Source: Vicugna vicugna
Taxonomy: Eukaryota
Direction: 5' to 3'
Assembly: GCA_013265495.1 (NCBI GenBank)
Contig: MU058531.1
Coordinates: 1,610,911 to 1,674,910, forward strand
DNA length: 64,000 bases
Shown here: positions 10,186 through 23,285 of the stretch, one piece after another
Layout: every line of letters starts with the position of its first letter
Numbering within the stretch: the stretch's first letter is position 1
The notes under the pieces: model-generated
What the model was told of the DNA's origin: nothing
The model's input: the letters and a program-made list of their open reading frames with translations, nothing else
Database searches by the model: none
Translations under genes and position numbers: made by a program

Positions 10186-11359
10186 AGTGTGTGAGTTGCT
10201 CTGAAAAAGACAAGCACCACACCGATACCCTCCAAGACCAAAAAGATGCTCTGTAGAAAGCCAAGGAAATTCAGAAAGGGGAGGACTCCCTGAGGAATAC
10301 CTATGGAAGGTTCAAGGAGGAAGTGACACTTGGAAAATGGGAAGAATTTAAATTATGGCAGAGCTTCCTCCTTAGAGCATTTGGATAAGGATCCCGCTGT
10401 GTGGTTCGACCAATGAGAGTAAATGAGCTCACAATGGAAAGGCTACCAGCAGCCCTCTGTTCTATTCAAAGGAAATATTCCCAGAGGGTAAGAGAGGAAA
10501 TTAGATGTTGCTGAGTAGACTACATTCTGGGCCACTCTGTTTGCAGTGAAAGGATTTTCAAGTATAATTTTCACTTGCCTGGATTTTTTTAGTTTTTAAT
10601 CTCATGCTCAACTTTTAAAACATCCCTGTAAGAGAACTATCTGGGTGTAGTTGTGAATGCACGATCGTGGCTACCAATGGTAATGTTTACAGAAAGTGCA
10701 AGACGCAAACTGTGACATTCAAGGCATCTCAGGTGAGGTACAGAAGAGAGAGGGGAAGAAGTAGGGGAGTTGGGGGGACAAAAAGGGATGATACACTTGA
10801 CCTCTCTAATGATCTACTGGGAAGAAGGACTCGTCACCATACCAGGCTGGCTGAGTGGCAAATGGGTCGTGCGAACATAATGCACCTTTGCTACTTTACT
10901 TTTAGAGACTTTAGAGAAAGGAGAGGCCTCTACGGTCGGGATGGCTAAAGAAGACCAAGACATGCAGGGTAACTGCAAGGAAAGCAGCTGGGCTAGAGGT
11001 GAGGATTCTAGCTGGGGGCATTGAGAAGGGTCAAAGAACAGTGACTCTTTAATGTTAATTTTTTTAATCCCCTGGACTATCTTGATCAAAATTAGAGATC
11101 TGAGTGCTACAAAATGAAATTAGCAAAGACTTCAATTATAATCTAATGATAGGGGTGAAATCATTCTCTCACATTGATAGGTTTCTTCAAGTTTCTGCAG
11201 TTTCTCCATATTCTTTGAAGGATTAGGGTCGGGGGAAAAAAGTGTTAGTTAGAAAGGACCTCCAAAGAAAACTCTAAACCACTGTTAAAGGCTTTTTAAA
11301 AGGCTTTAATGTGAGTAATTTTGGAAGATGGGAGAGGGAATGGGTTGTGCAGGAGATGA

Positions 11360-11620
11360 ATAGGAAAGACCCCAAATATACTAAAGTTCATGGGAAACAT
11401 CAATGTAAGAAAAATCAAATTAGAAAGAAGGAATATTTTGAAAAAGAATAATGAGGATATACTAGCCCCAGCTTAAAATTTAGTATAAATTTAGAGTGTT
11501 TTAAAAATGGTATTAGTGTATGAGGAATCAGATCAGTGAGATTAAAGAGTCCATAAATAGACCTGCTTACATATGAGAGTTTAATATATGATACAGGTGG
11601 GTAAGCCTAACAAGAGAAGA
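11360..11620 (+). mobile_element. Very old L1M ORF2 3' fragment
   Basis: A-rich sequence with degenerate L1 ORF2 motifs (gagtccataaatagacc...atatgag). Confidence 0.5.
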
Positions 11621-13434
11621 AGAATCGATTAGTCAATAAATAGGCAACTGGCTGCCCATTTGTGGGGAGAGTGAGGTGGAAAGGAAGGATGTATGTAAGA
11701 AATTGTTTTCAATTCATGCATCTGTGGATCGAGACAAAAGGGCTTTGATGACACGGCAACATGTACAAATAGGGACCTCCGCAAGGAATTCTGCAAGGGG
11801 ACCCCTGGTTCCACTTGCTCTGGGCGCTAATTTTTGTGACTTGGAGAGCTTTCATTTTAACTCAGGGCTTAGGGGAAAGACAAGGAGTATTGGGGCAATC
11901 ACTGAATCCAGTGAATGTATACTCTTAAATTCCGTCCTCGGACCCCAGTTCCTCCTCTCTGGAGAAGACCCTCCCCGGGCATGGCTGACTGGGCTTGTCT
12001 ATGGCTGGTGGGTCTGATGCTCTGTGCTTGTTCTCATTGCTCTGTCTGGGCTGATACCCACCTTTAATTTCAGTTCCATGTTTTGCTAAATCTTAGCATC
12101 CTGCATTATTATAACTTTGCGTTCTGATTCTTTGTTGCAAACTCAAAAGCCTATGAAATGCAGCTGCTCTCTAATCACTCCTTACTCACCAGGCTAATGT
12201 GTCTAAAGGCAGGTATTATTCTGCTCTGTAATTCTGGTTTTTGGTCTCAGCTGCCAATTGTGGCTATTAGAGGAATTTTAAAGCAACTTTGGCAGAAGGA
12301 ATTCAAACTGAAAACATTTCCCTCATTTATAAGGTACCACAACACTTCCTTTCTTACGTGACAAAATTAAATTTCTCCTCTCCCCATCCATTCCCTGACA
12401 CAGACACACAAGCACATCGCATCACCCCGTCCCCAACTCTGGACACAACTATTCCTAACTACTTGTTTCAATAGATGTTCAAAACTCTTTAGACCCTTCT
12501 GCTAAACTAGAATACTGTATTATCTCCCTGAACCATGGAGAGAAAAGGCAGATCTGGTCTAAGACAGGGCTTTGTGTTTCTCAGAGAACTATTTCTGTTC
12601 AGCTGCTACGTGCCTCCTCGGACTTGGTGAAAAGTTCCAGCTGGGGGAAGTTGGGGAGGGTGGGTCATTTCTCACATCCTACTGAGTCAACTCACTTCAC
12701 CAGGGCTTCACTATTTTGTCTGAAGTGTAGTTAATCCTCTAGAATGCCAGCCACAACTTTGAAAACACATTTCAAAGCCAATTTTCTCCAATCCTTGTTT
12801 ACGCTCCATTAGTAAAGTAATATTTTTTAATGAACATCTGTGAAACTTCTAAGTTACTTAGTAAAATTGATAATTATTTGAAATCACCAATAGGAAGACA
12901 AAATACTCAAAATTCCCCCACTTCTCCTATCAAAAACAAAAACAAACAAAAAAATATTTCCTGTAGTTGAAAGTGATGATATTGAGCAAAAACCATTAGA
13001 TCTTGCTTTCCTATGTACAAAATTGAGGTATCATTTTTAGAGTTTTTGAGGTCAGACAACTAATGATTAAGACAGAGGTTTTGTTTTTTTTTTTTCTTTC
13101 AGAAGAAATGACAGTTAAAAGAAAAATTAACATTATTAAGAACAAACTACGATTCAACACTGTCAGGTTGATTTGTGATATAACCACCGTCTATAATACT
13201 ATTACAATATAATGCATCTTTTTAATTAAGTGCTATTAAAATGAAAAACAGAGGACTAATGCTTAAAGGACAAAAGATGATCGCTTCCACCCTGCTCCAC
13301 CCCCAAATCCAAAGTTTTGATGCTATTTACAGAATTAGTCTTCTCTATGGTTGATTTTGGAAGAAGTTCTAATTTTGCAAACTACAAACAGAAATGCAAG
13401 ATTTGATTGGTAAAGATCACAGGGGCAATATATT

Positions 13435-14130
13435 AGCAATAACATTTTATATGTGAGTAACTTTTCAAATGTCTTTACATCCATGGTTTCATTTAATCCT
13501 CATTAAAATCCTCTGAAACCAAGCTTATTATTATATTCTATCTTATAGATGAGGAAACTGAGGCTCATTAAGACTGCAGGAGGCTAGGGTTTGCAACTAT
13601 TAAGTAATGGAGTCAGACTTCAATGCCAAGGTCTGACCTCATATGCAAACACCTTATCCGAGTCACTAGCTGGTTCATTCACAGTTGTTAACGAGGATCT
13701 GAACTTGAGCACTCTGCTGGACACTTCTCTTCCTCTCTCATATTTAATCAGTCACCAAGTCCTGCCTGCTTTTTCCTGCTGGGTACGTCATAAGTGCCAC
13801 CTTCTCTTCTCCACTCCCTTGCCACCCAGCATCTCTCACTTGGATTGTTGTAACAGCCTTCTCACCAGCCTTTCCCACCCTATATTGCATCTCTCAAATG
13901 CGTCTTTCTCAAAATGAGCAAGATGCCCAAAATGTAGCTCTGATCACAAAATCCTACAATGGCCACCTGTAATCTAAATCTGCCAAAACCAAACAAATTG
14001 CTGGCATTCACAGCAGTGATCTCAGCCTATCTCACTCTGTCATCCATGCAATGCAGCCCAGACCCCAGGCACAGAAACTGTTTTTTAATCATACAGGCTA
14101 GTGGTGTTTTATCAACAGGACACCACAAAA
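13435..14130. mobile_element. MIR (about 13435-13640) followed by an L2 fragment (about 13690-14130)
   Basis: MIR core atagatgaggaaactgaggctca, then L2-type aatcagtcaccaagtcctg...ttggattgttgtaacagccttctc. Confidence 0.65.
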
Positions 14131-15259
14131 CCAGACTGAACCGCTGGATCCAAGATGGCAAGCAAAGTAGAGTAAAGGTCACCGATTACCTTGCCTTGAC
14201 TTATCTCAGTGTTTCCATACCAACCCCCGAGAGCTGAAGGACACTTGTCTTGATTTATATGAGTTTGTTTCAGAAGTACCTGGTGTTTGCTAGAGATGCT
14301 TTACAGCTGTACTTTGAGGAATACAGTGGTCAACTGGCCCGGATCGGGTCTGTCTGGACCACAGGAACCACCTGAGCAGATGGGACCTGGGGTCCAAGAG
14401 TTACCTTTGCTTCTTTACCAAGCTAAGCTCTTTGCCCAAATGGGGAGATTTGTACTCTTCTAGACACAATTTGTGCCATGTGCTAAGGAGCATGAAAGAC
14501 TGCGCGTGCCTGCCTGTCCCTGGAAATTGCCACCCCTTTCCTAGAGGCCTGATGACCTGTCTGCCTCCTGACCGTTATATATCTTTTATGAATATTTTAT
14601 TCATCTCTGTATCTCCAGCACTTGGGACAATGCCTGGCACAAACACTGGCCCATTTGGTAAATTGGATACATTGATTAAGAAAAATGGTTGCTGGCTTCG
14701 GAATTCTGTACCAATGGAGAAAATGAGAAGATGACATTGAAACAATGTGAATCTGGTGAATCAGCAGGTGGCAAGAATATAAGCCTAGAGAGAAGTTACT
14801 GACAAAAATCCTAAATGAAGTGAGTGTACTATTAAGTTGGAAGTCAGGGGGAAATGGCGTTTCAAAAGTACCACAGACCAGTGCCAACCAAACCACCCAA
14901 TGCCCCAGGCTTAGGAGCCTCTACAAATGTCCTGGGACATGGCAGCTTTGTTTTCAGATCACAAGTCAGACATGAGGACAAGGACAGATGTAGGCTTGAG
15001 TTTTTTTAAAAGCAATAACTCATTGGGGATTGTTTCACTGTCTGTGGGACCACTTGGCATCTTTGACTCTCCTTTGCTACTTTTGGCTCTTGTCCGACTT
15101 GCTCTGTTCTTCGTGGGCTTCCAAACGTCTCCTTCCTCCCCTGCCTTCCAATGCCCTCTTGCTTTTGTCTCTCACTATGTTGCTTGTCTAAGGTCACCGT
15201 TTAATTTAAAACCTCCTGGAGAGCTCTGCTGACTATGGTTCCAGTTGTGGAAAGGACAC

Positions 15260-15970
15260 GGGTCATATAAGTCTCTGCCTTGATGTGCCACATTCCTTGT
15301 TTGTTCTTGCTGTTCTCTTTGCCTGGAAGGCCTTCACTTGGCCAAACCTTATTCATTCTTCAAGGTCAAGCTCAAATGACCAATGTTAAATTTCCCCCAA
15401 CCTTAGGGACAGAAACACAAAGCCTTGTTCTCTGCTCTTTGCTCCAGAGAAAAAAACTTTCTTAGACAGCTAGAATAGCTTTTTTTATTTGTTTACATTA
15501 CTGTTTCCCCTGATAGACTATGAACTCCTGAGGACAGGCACCAAATGTTACGCATCTCTGTATCCCTTGCACTTATCAATGCCCAGAACATTGTAGCCAC
15601 TCCAAAGATATTTATTGAAATATTCCATGGTCTTATTAAGCCACTAAGATGACAGGCTCACACCTTACATTAGCAAGACTTATTCTAATCAAAATTGGGT
15701 GACATGCCAGGAGAAATGTGAAGACTGAACAATGTGGGTATCAAGTATTTAATTATTCAACAAATTTTTATTGGGCTTCTACTGTGGAGCCCACTGTACT
15801 AAGGGCCAGAGATACTGTGAGGAAAAAAAAAGACCAACTGTGTTTCTCAACATAACAGATAGACTATTATTAAGCAAATAATTGTACAATTAATTATTAT
15901 GAAATTTTCATATGCATATCAAAAGATAGCTAAAGGGTGCTCTGAGAGCGTGTGACACAGAGACATGCCC
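15260..15970. mobile_element. Two L2 3' ends in opposite orientation
   Basis: L2 terminus tagactatgaactcctgaggacagg...tatttattgaa (to about 15620) and its reverse, attcaacaaatttttattggg (from about 15755). Confidence 0.6.
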
Positions 15971-15989
15971 TAAACTTGAATAAAAGTCT

Positions 15990-16505
15990 AACTTAAATGT
16001 CCATCAACAGAGGACTGGATAAAGAAGTTGTGGTATATTTATACAATGGAGTACGACTCAGCCATAAAAAAGAATAAAACAATACCATTTGTAACAACAT
16101 GGATGGACCTGGAGATGGTCATTCTAAGTGAAGTAAGCCAGAAAAAGAAAGAAAAATACCATATGATATCATTCATATGTGAAATCTGGAAAAAAAAATA
16201 AACACAGATGAACTTATTTACAAAACAGAAACAGACCCACAGACATAGAAAACAAACTTATGGTTTCTAGGGGGAAGTGGGTAGGAAGTGATAAATTGGG
16301 AGTTCGAGATTAGCAGATACTAACAACTATATATAAAATAGATAAACAAGTTTCTTCTGTATATTTTCAATATCTTATAGTAACCTATAGTGAAAAAGAA
16401 TATGAAAAAGCATATATGTATGTATGTGTATGATTGAAACATTATGCTGTACACCAGAGATTGATACAACATTGTATACTGACTATAGTTCAATTGAAAA
16501 AAAAT
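15990..16505 (+). mobile_element. Camelid-type LINE-1 3' end
   Basis: aaatgtccatcaacagaggactggataaagaagttgtgg...gacacaacattgtatactgactatagttcaattg followed by an A-tail. Confidence 0.92.
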
Positions 16506-16519
16506 CCTTCTTCCCTGAG

Positions 16520-17118
16520 TTAGTGCTACTCTGGCTGAGAGGAGAGGGAAGAGCAGGCAGTGGCTAGGTGAGGGGTGGGCATGAGGAGACAGGAACAGCA
16601 TATCTGACATACAGTTTCCCCAGAAAAACTACACAGAGACTCCCAGTTGTCCCTCCAGGTGCAGTTGCCACACTCTTGCACCTGCTTGGTGCCTGGAGAA
16701 GCTCACCTGCAGGGGTGGCACCAATGGTCTTTCATGCCCTTGGGCTTCTAGTTGGGCCTGGTCAATGAGAGACACTGGCAAGAGAGCAGAGGATAAGAGG
16801 AGAATGAATTGAAAGCTTTTATTCCCTCAACTTCCATCCTGAGATGGCTGTGGTTGGCGTCAACCCTCTAGCTGGGGCCATAATTTCCACCAGGCCATTC
16901 TCTCCATGGAGCTATCCCATTGACCCTGCGAGGGCCACCCCAGCCTGTTCTTCAGATCTAGAGGGGGTGGCAGTTCCCAAAGCTTAGAGGACTGCTCTGT
17001 CTCTTGTTAGTTTCTTCCAATCCTGTCCACATCCTTGTAAACGGCCTCTTTATTAAACACTCATCAAGTTACCCATTTTAATTTATGCTATTTTCCTGCC
17101 AGAATGCTGACTGATAGA
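16520..17118 (-). mobile_element. ERVL solo LTR, LTR33-like
   Basis: The end tttattaaacactcatcaagttacccattt...ttttcctgccagaatgctgactgata resembles the reverse complement of the recalled LTR33 5' end. Confidence 0.55.
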
Positions 17119-17119
17119 A

Positions 17120-17930
17120 AGGGTGAGTGAGAGGGTGGATCACATAAAGGGTTTTGAATTATGATAAAGTCTTTCGATTTTGCCCTCAATGTCCTGGGAA
17201 ATCATTGAGGGGTTTTAAGCAGATAAGGTAGGTGATCAAGTGTGCTTCTTTAAAAACCATTCTAACAGCGGCTGAATGGAGAACAGAGGGGAAGAGTTGC
17301 AAGAGTAGAAGCAAGGAGTCCGTTAGGTTAGGAGGTAAGTGCAGCCATGAAGAGGGCAAATGATAAGCCACGATGAAGAAATGAGAGACTGGCTGCAGAG
17401 ACAGGACACAGAACTGGGAGGAACAAGAGAGCAATGGAAGTTGAGCAAGATGCTTCACACAGTGAATGTTAACGTGACTGCACGGCCTCATTGACTAAAG
17501 AGTAGACCCCAGACTCCTCATTCTGGCTGCCAAGACTCCCCGGCTCTGGTCACTGATCTCCCGTCTTTCCTTCATGCATCTTCCACGTCCCAGCTAAAGC
17601 GACCTTCCCAATCGCAGTGTACCCTCTATCCAGAATGTTCTTGCTCCCACCCAAATCTGACCTATCTTCCAAAGCCCCACTCAAAAGATAAGTAATCACA
17701 GCTAACAATTCTGAGAATGTACTCTTTTCCAGGCACTATGTTACCAGCATTAGCTCACGTAATCCACCTCCCAAGGAAGGAGGGCTGTCATTCGCCCCAT
17801 TTTACAGATCAGGACGCTGAAGCTCAGAGAAATTAAGTGCCCACAGTCTCATCATATTGGCTTTGAACCCAGGCCCAGATGACTTCAAAACCCTTGTGTT
17901 TGATCCTAAGCTAATAATGCTTCTTAAATA
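17120..17930. mobile_element. L2 fragment followed by MIR
   Basis: L2-type gggaaatcattgaggggttttaagcag...; MIR core ccccatttacagatcaggacgctgaagctcagagaaattaagt. Confidence 0.6.
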
Positions 17931-18814
17931 ATAAGCATTAAATTTATTGGTGACTCATTAAATGGCAGGCCCTGTGCTAAGCACTCCCTTGAATTGTTTT
18001 GTTTCATCCTTATAACAACCCTATGAGATAAGAACCATTTTTTTTTTGTCAGGCTCTATATATTTTTCTATAATCTTTCTTTTAGCTAACAATTCTGTGA
18101 ATGTTTACCCCATTATTTTACATTTTTCTACCTTATTATTTTTTATTTTTATTTATTTTTGTACACTTTAAAAGGGTGAATTTTATGGTATATCAGTCAG
18201 TTAGCTCAAGAACCAATTTTAATATCATCTTTAGCATGTGGAACTAAAGCCAAGAGAATAAGATACTTGCTAAGTTGCAAAATGATCCACAAAACTTTGC
18301 CCAGGTTCCCCACACTCTTGAAAACAATTTCTCCCACCTCTGAAATTTGAGGCACTGAAAAATATCTCCAACAGCATCCCTGCCCTCTGTTTCATATTAT
18401 TGCTGGTTGGCTTGTGTCATCATTTTTATAATAAATGATCAGGGCAACCTGGGTCTGCTTCAATGTCACTTCCCCCAAAACCCCTGCCATGGTTCCCCCA
18501 CGGCCATTTCCTAACAGGTCCTTGCTCCAATAAGGATTTGCAAAATAGTTCACGAATGAATACCAGAATGCCTACCGCGTGCCACCAAGGACTCAGCCAG
18601 GGTTGGGGACAGACAGAGAGTCCATCAGCGTTTGCTCAGACCATACTACTGGACACTCCAGCCAGGCTAGAGCCAGTTATCTTTCAGCAAACAGACCTTC
18701 TAGATCACATTCAACTTAAACACAGGGACTATGTACACTGCAGAACAAAAAGAAAAAAATGGAATTTGATTTCGGTTTATGATAACTAACTTTGGGGTAG
18801 TAAAAATAAACATA

Positions 18815-19010
18815 GTGGTGGAGGGTCGTGAGTGTTGGAAGCCATCACACTCAGCTCTGCTCTTTACTGCTTTGTAACCTTGAGTCTATTAATGGCCACA
18901 GACTCCTTATCTATAAAATAAAGTTGTAAGAACTGCCTGCATGGGACATTATGGGAATTAAATGAGATGATACAAGCAAAGCACCGATAGTAAGGTGTCT
19001 GGGCAGTAAA
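18815..19010 (+). mobile_element. MIR SINE
   Basis: ctcagctctgctctttactgctttgtaaccttgag...ctataaaataaag...attaaatgagatgatac. Confidence 0.7.
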
Positions 19011-20405
19011 CTCAGTTTTAAACTCAAACAGTGGTTATGATTAAGTGTGAAAGTTAATATAATTAAGTGTAGTATATTCCACTTATTATGTTTTAGGAAG
19101 GTCATTGCCAACAAGAAAATCTAAAAGGGGACAAAACGATTGTTCCACATGCTGTTCAAGATGCTGGAGTAGTGTGACCTGGGAAGATTCAGGCAAAGCA
19201 CAAGACACATTTTTTTTTAATCTGGAAAGTTCACATGTGAAAGAGAGAGAAGACTCATCTGTCACCCCAAGGTTGAAATAGGACCCATGGTGACTTTATC
19301 AGTATGGAAAAGTTCCATACTGATTAAAGTCACAAATTTTGGTGCAATATAAGAGAAACCTTTCTAACAACTAGACTATCCAACAATGGACTGGAAAACT
19401 AGTAAGAGTTTGCTCACTGGACATGCTCGGGCAAAGCCTAGAAGATGTGTCAGAGATGCTGAAGGCAGCAGTCCTTGCGTGGGAGGCTGGATTCAACACA
19501 AGCAAGTTCCCTTCCAATACAAAGATTCTGTTATACTATTGTCCAGAAACTCTAATACACACTGGCAAGTTGGATAAGGACAGATCCAAAGATTCTCTAC
19601 ACTAGATTACTAATTCTGGAATGATACAAACCAATCTATCATTGCAGGGATTCAGTTCCACTCACATTCGCATAAGCTTCTATCCCTGAGTACCTACAAA
19701 GATGACTCAGGACTGTCATTTTGGCTTCTCTTCAGACAATAGACTCATAGTTTCCTAAAGTTGGACGGGACCTGGGAGGTATTGAAATTCAACTTCTTTG
19801 CTCAGGAGAGTAATCCCCCGACTCCTTAGTCAATCAGCAGTGTACAAAAATCCGAGCCTAAACAGTGGAGACAGACTCATAAGCTGATACCCATGAACAC
19901 CCAAACTTCAGGCACCCCCACACCACGTACAAATTCTCTTTAATCCATTCATTCGTAAAATAGTTATTTAGTCGCTGATCTGGGCAGACTAAGGGCTAGG
20001 TGTGACTGTGTGTTCCAAATGCAGTACACTCAGATCCCGCTCTTTAGCACCTCACAGAGCTGAGATATGTATGTAAATTAATAAAACAAAAATTAGAAAG
20101 TAGGAGTGCTGTTAAGAGAGATGCAAATAAAGTGATCCGAGAAGATGAAGGAAAAGCAGCTCCCTTCCACCCACGCAATGGCAAAAGCCTTCCTAAAGCA
20201 TGTGAAGCAGTTTATGGAGGAGGGCTAGGACCGAGCAGAGATGGGAAAGGAAGGTATTTTAGGCAGAGGGACTAGAGGAAGTAAAGGCACAAAGGTAGAA
20301 AAATGTATGTGTTTGTTTTAGTTCAGTTAAAGTAAGAGAGGAAAGTGGGGTGAAATCAGATCACCAAGGATCCTTAAAAGCTGCAATAAGAAGTTTGAAC
20401 CTTAT

Positions 20406-20507
20406 GGGGACGGGGCATATAGCTAAGTGGTAGAGTGTGTGCTTAGCAGGCACAAGGTCCTGGGTTCAATCCCCAGTACCTCCATTAAAAAAAAACTAAT
20501 AAAAAAA
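20406..20507 (+). mobile_element. Vic-1-type tRNA-Ala-derived SINE
   Basis: A box tagctaagtgg, anticodon-like ttagca, B box gggttcaatcc, A-rich tail. Confidence 0.9.
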
Positions 20508-22259
20508 TGTCTGAACTTTTTTGCATGAACAGTAACATGCCTCTGAAGGTCTTGAGCAGGAAGCATGTACGTATTAACTCATTTACTCCTTAACAACAAC
20601 CCTGTGAGCAGGTGTTAACCATAATCCCACTTTACAGAGTTCTCACTCATTCTCTATGCCAAGTACACATTATGATGACCCACTAAACACAGTGATGAAA
20701 TGGACCAGATCCACTATGCCAAATTCCAAATTAAACAGCAGGATTATTTTAAAGGGAGCAATTTTTGACCACACGCTTGAGATCTAGATTATGTGAAAGA
20801 TCATGGCAGACACAATTCAACTAGCGATGGGGCTGGTGTTTATGAAAAGGAAGCCATAGTCCTTGAGTGGTTCTCCTTAGGATCGACATCTGACTTTAGT
20901 ACCAGCCAGTGTCCCTATGTCCCCATTCCAAGGCTGGCTAGATCAGATGCTCAAGAGGTCAATATTAGCCTTGAGTGGCCTCTTCCTCCTCATCTAAGAG
21001 ATCACGAGGGCAGAATGGCCAAAACCTTGTTTGGGATAAGTTCCAAGAACAGGATTGCTCACTACTGGTTTTCACAACCACGTTTTCTGAGAGACTCAAG
21101 CTAATAGCTTCATTTTGCCTTCTGATTGTCCCTTTTGGGTGCCTTGCTGTAATATGGTCAATAAGAAGCATATGAACCAATTTTTCACATTTCATGTTTT
21201 GTGAATTGTCTCAGGAAATTTTAAATAGGGACACATCTCCTGGGCCACTCAGAATTCCCTTCTAGACGGTCCCATGCCACAGCCCATGTGTATATGCTCA
21301 GTTAATTCAACTTTCTACAACAGGAGGTTCTGGGGAAATGTAAATGAAACTTGAATCTGTGAGCTGTTTTCCCCACAGTATCTGCTTGCATCAACTAAAT
21401 TAAGCAGGACTCCCAGGAAATGAGGTCCAACAGAATCAATGAATGGAACTCAAGGGCATTGTAGGCATGGGCAGTAGACATTGTTGTGAGTGGGATGATG
21501 AGTGTAAGGACCCACTGGGGCCAAATCACAGTAGGGGAGGGTAATTGTGGGGTCCCCGGGAGAAAATCCACCATAAGAGAAGAAAGAGTGTACTTTCATT
21601 TGTTGTACTTGTCAACAGGACCTGAGGAGAGAGGGGAGAAGTGGTTTCAGGCACAGTGTGACAGCTGTTACTTGAACACACCTGTACTTAGCACCTGACG
21701 CTGGAGGAAGTGTAACACTGGAAGGGCTGTGGTGTTAAGCTGCCTGGCTATGACGCCCCTCTAATGGAACCTAATTCCAAGGCGCAGTCATTTCCCAGTC
21801 CACCCATCTTCGAGTGAAATGGTGAGAGCCCGCCCCGAGCTAGAGAGCAATGATGGCAGGGTTCTGCTGGTGGCCAGATAGGGTACTGGCAGAGCTTCCA
21901 GAGCAAGGCTGCAGGAAGCAGGCGGCAGGGGCAGCAGTCTTAGGAGAGTGCACGGCAGGCCAGGGGCGGGTCAAATCAAGGGCATGAGTCACAGCCCCAG
22001 TGTGAGTGTCATGGACACCACAGGCAGGGCATATGAATCAGGTAATACTGTGATTCAATGAGACATCTCTGTGAATGCCTTGAGGCACCCTTGAAACTCC
22101 CCAAGAAGTTAGGAAGGTGAGACGATCACGAAAGAAGTTGAGAAACAAAATCAGGTGACCGTATCTGTACCATTCAGTATGCAGTTTGCTGTGCCTTTGC
22201 AGACACCATGTCCTTGTTCTGAAGTCTTCTTTGTCTGATACTGGTATTGATAAAGCCAC

Positions 22260-22770
22260 TCAAGCTTTCTTATGATTAGTTTATTCACAGTGTATCTTTT
22301 TCAATCATTTTACTTCTAACCTGTATTTTTTCCTTAATTACCAAAGTATAATTGACCTATATAACTATCTTAGTTCCAAGTTTTCATTAAATATTCTTCT
22401 AAAGCATTCTTAATTTTTGAGGATGTATTGTCTCCCATTCTCACCTACATTGAATTTTGTTTTCTTCTGACTCTTTGCTAATTTGAGGGATGAAAAGATA
22501 ATTCCATTTTTATATTTCTGACTATAGTAAAGTTGAACTTTTCCATGTTTATTGGTCCTTTGTCCATTATTATTTCTTTTATCTTTTCTACCGAAGTACT
22601 TTCATTGATTTATAAAAGTTTTTTATATATTAGGGTAATTAACATTTTTGTCAAATATATTGCGAATACATATACAAAAAAATCTATCTGTTCCAGATTT
22701 TTAATTTTTGATGGAATTTTTTTATTCACAAAGTTTGATTTGTTTTTTGTTTTTTGTTTTCTAATCTTTT
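22260..22770 (-). mobile_element. Old L1ME-like fragments
   Basis: T-rich antisense L1 motifs (ttttccatgtttattggtcctttg; ttttatatattagggtaattaac). Confidence 0.55.
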
Positions 22771-23129
22771 ATTTGTTTCTTTACTGTGATGACTTGGAAA
22801 AGACCTAGAGAGACTATGAAGGGAAAAAAAAGAAAAAAAAAAGCTTGACTGGAGAGGCCTAAGGAAGGGCAGGGAAAAAAAATATTAAGGCAATTGTTCC
22901 AAGAAGAAGCACACAGACCTGGTCTTAATTCCATCTCAGTCATTAACTAACTACTAATTGGGCAAGTGTAAATCTCTTAGAACCAATTTCCTCCTTTGTA
23001 GATTGAGGATAATAATCCTTTCCCAACAGAGTTGTTGTCAGGACTAGATTTTTAAAATTTAAAGTACCTCCCTTGAGAGACAGTTGGTACCCAAAAAGTT
23101 GTAACTACTCCTAAAAGGGAAGTTGTCAA

Positions 23130-23285
23130 ACCAGCGCTCCTCAAATGTTAAGGTCCACATGAATCACAGGGCTTCTTGTTGAATGCGAATTCTGATTCAG
23201 TACACTTGGGGCAGAATCTGAGCTTCTGCATTTCTGACAAGCTCCCAGACGATGCTGATGCTGTTTGAAGGTTCTAGAGTCTTTT
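23130..23285 (+). mobile_element. MER5-like hAT MITE
   Basis: gaattctgattcagtac...ctgcatttctgacaagctcccagacgatgctgatgctg. Confidence 0.7.

Noticed and set aside
15480-15800. Tail-to-tail L2 ends as a miR-28/151-type hairpin source
   Set aside because: The arms are too diverged and about 130 bp apart to give a convincing stem.
20406-20485. tRNA-Ala(AGC) gene (and the six similar loci)
   Set aside because: A-rich tails, TSDs, shared non-tRNA 3' sequence and stem mismatches identify them as SINEs.
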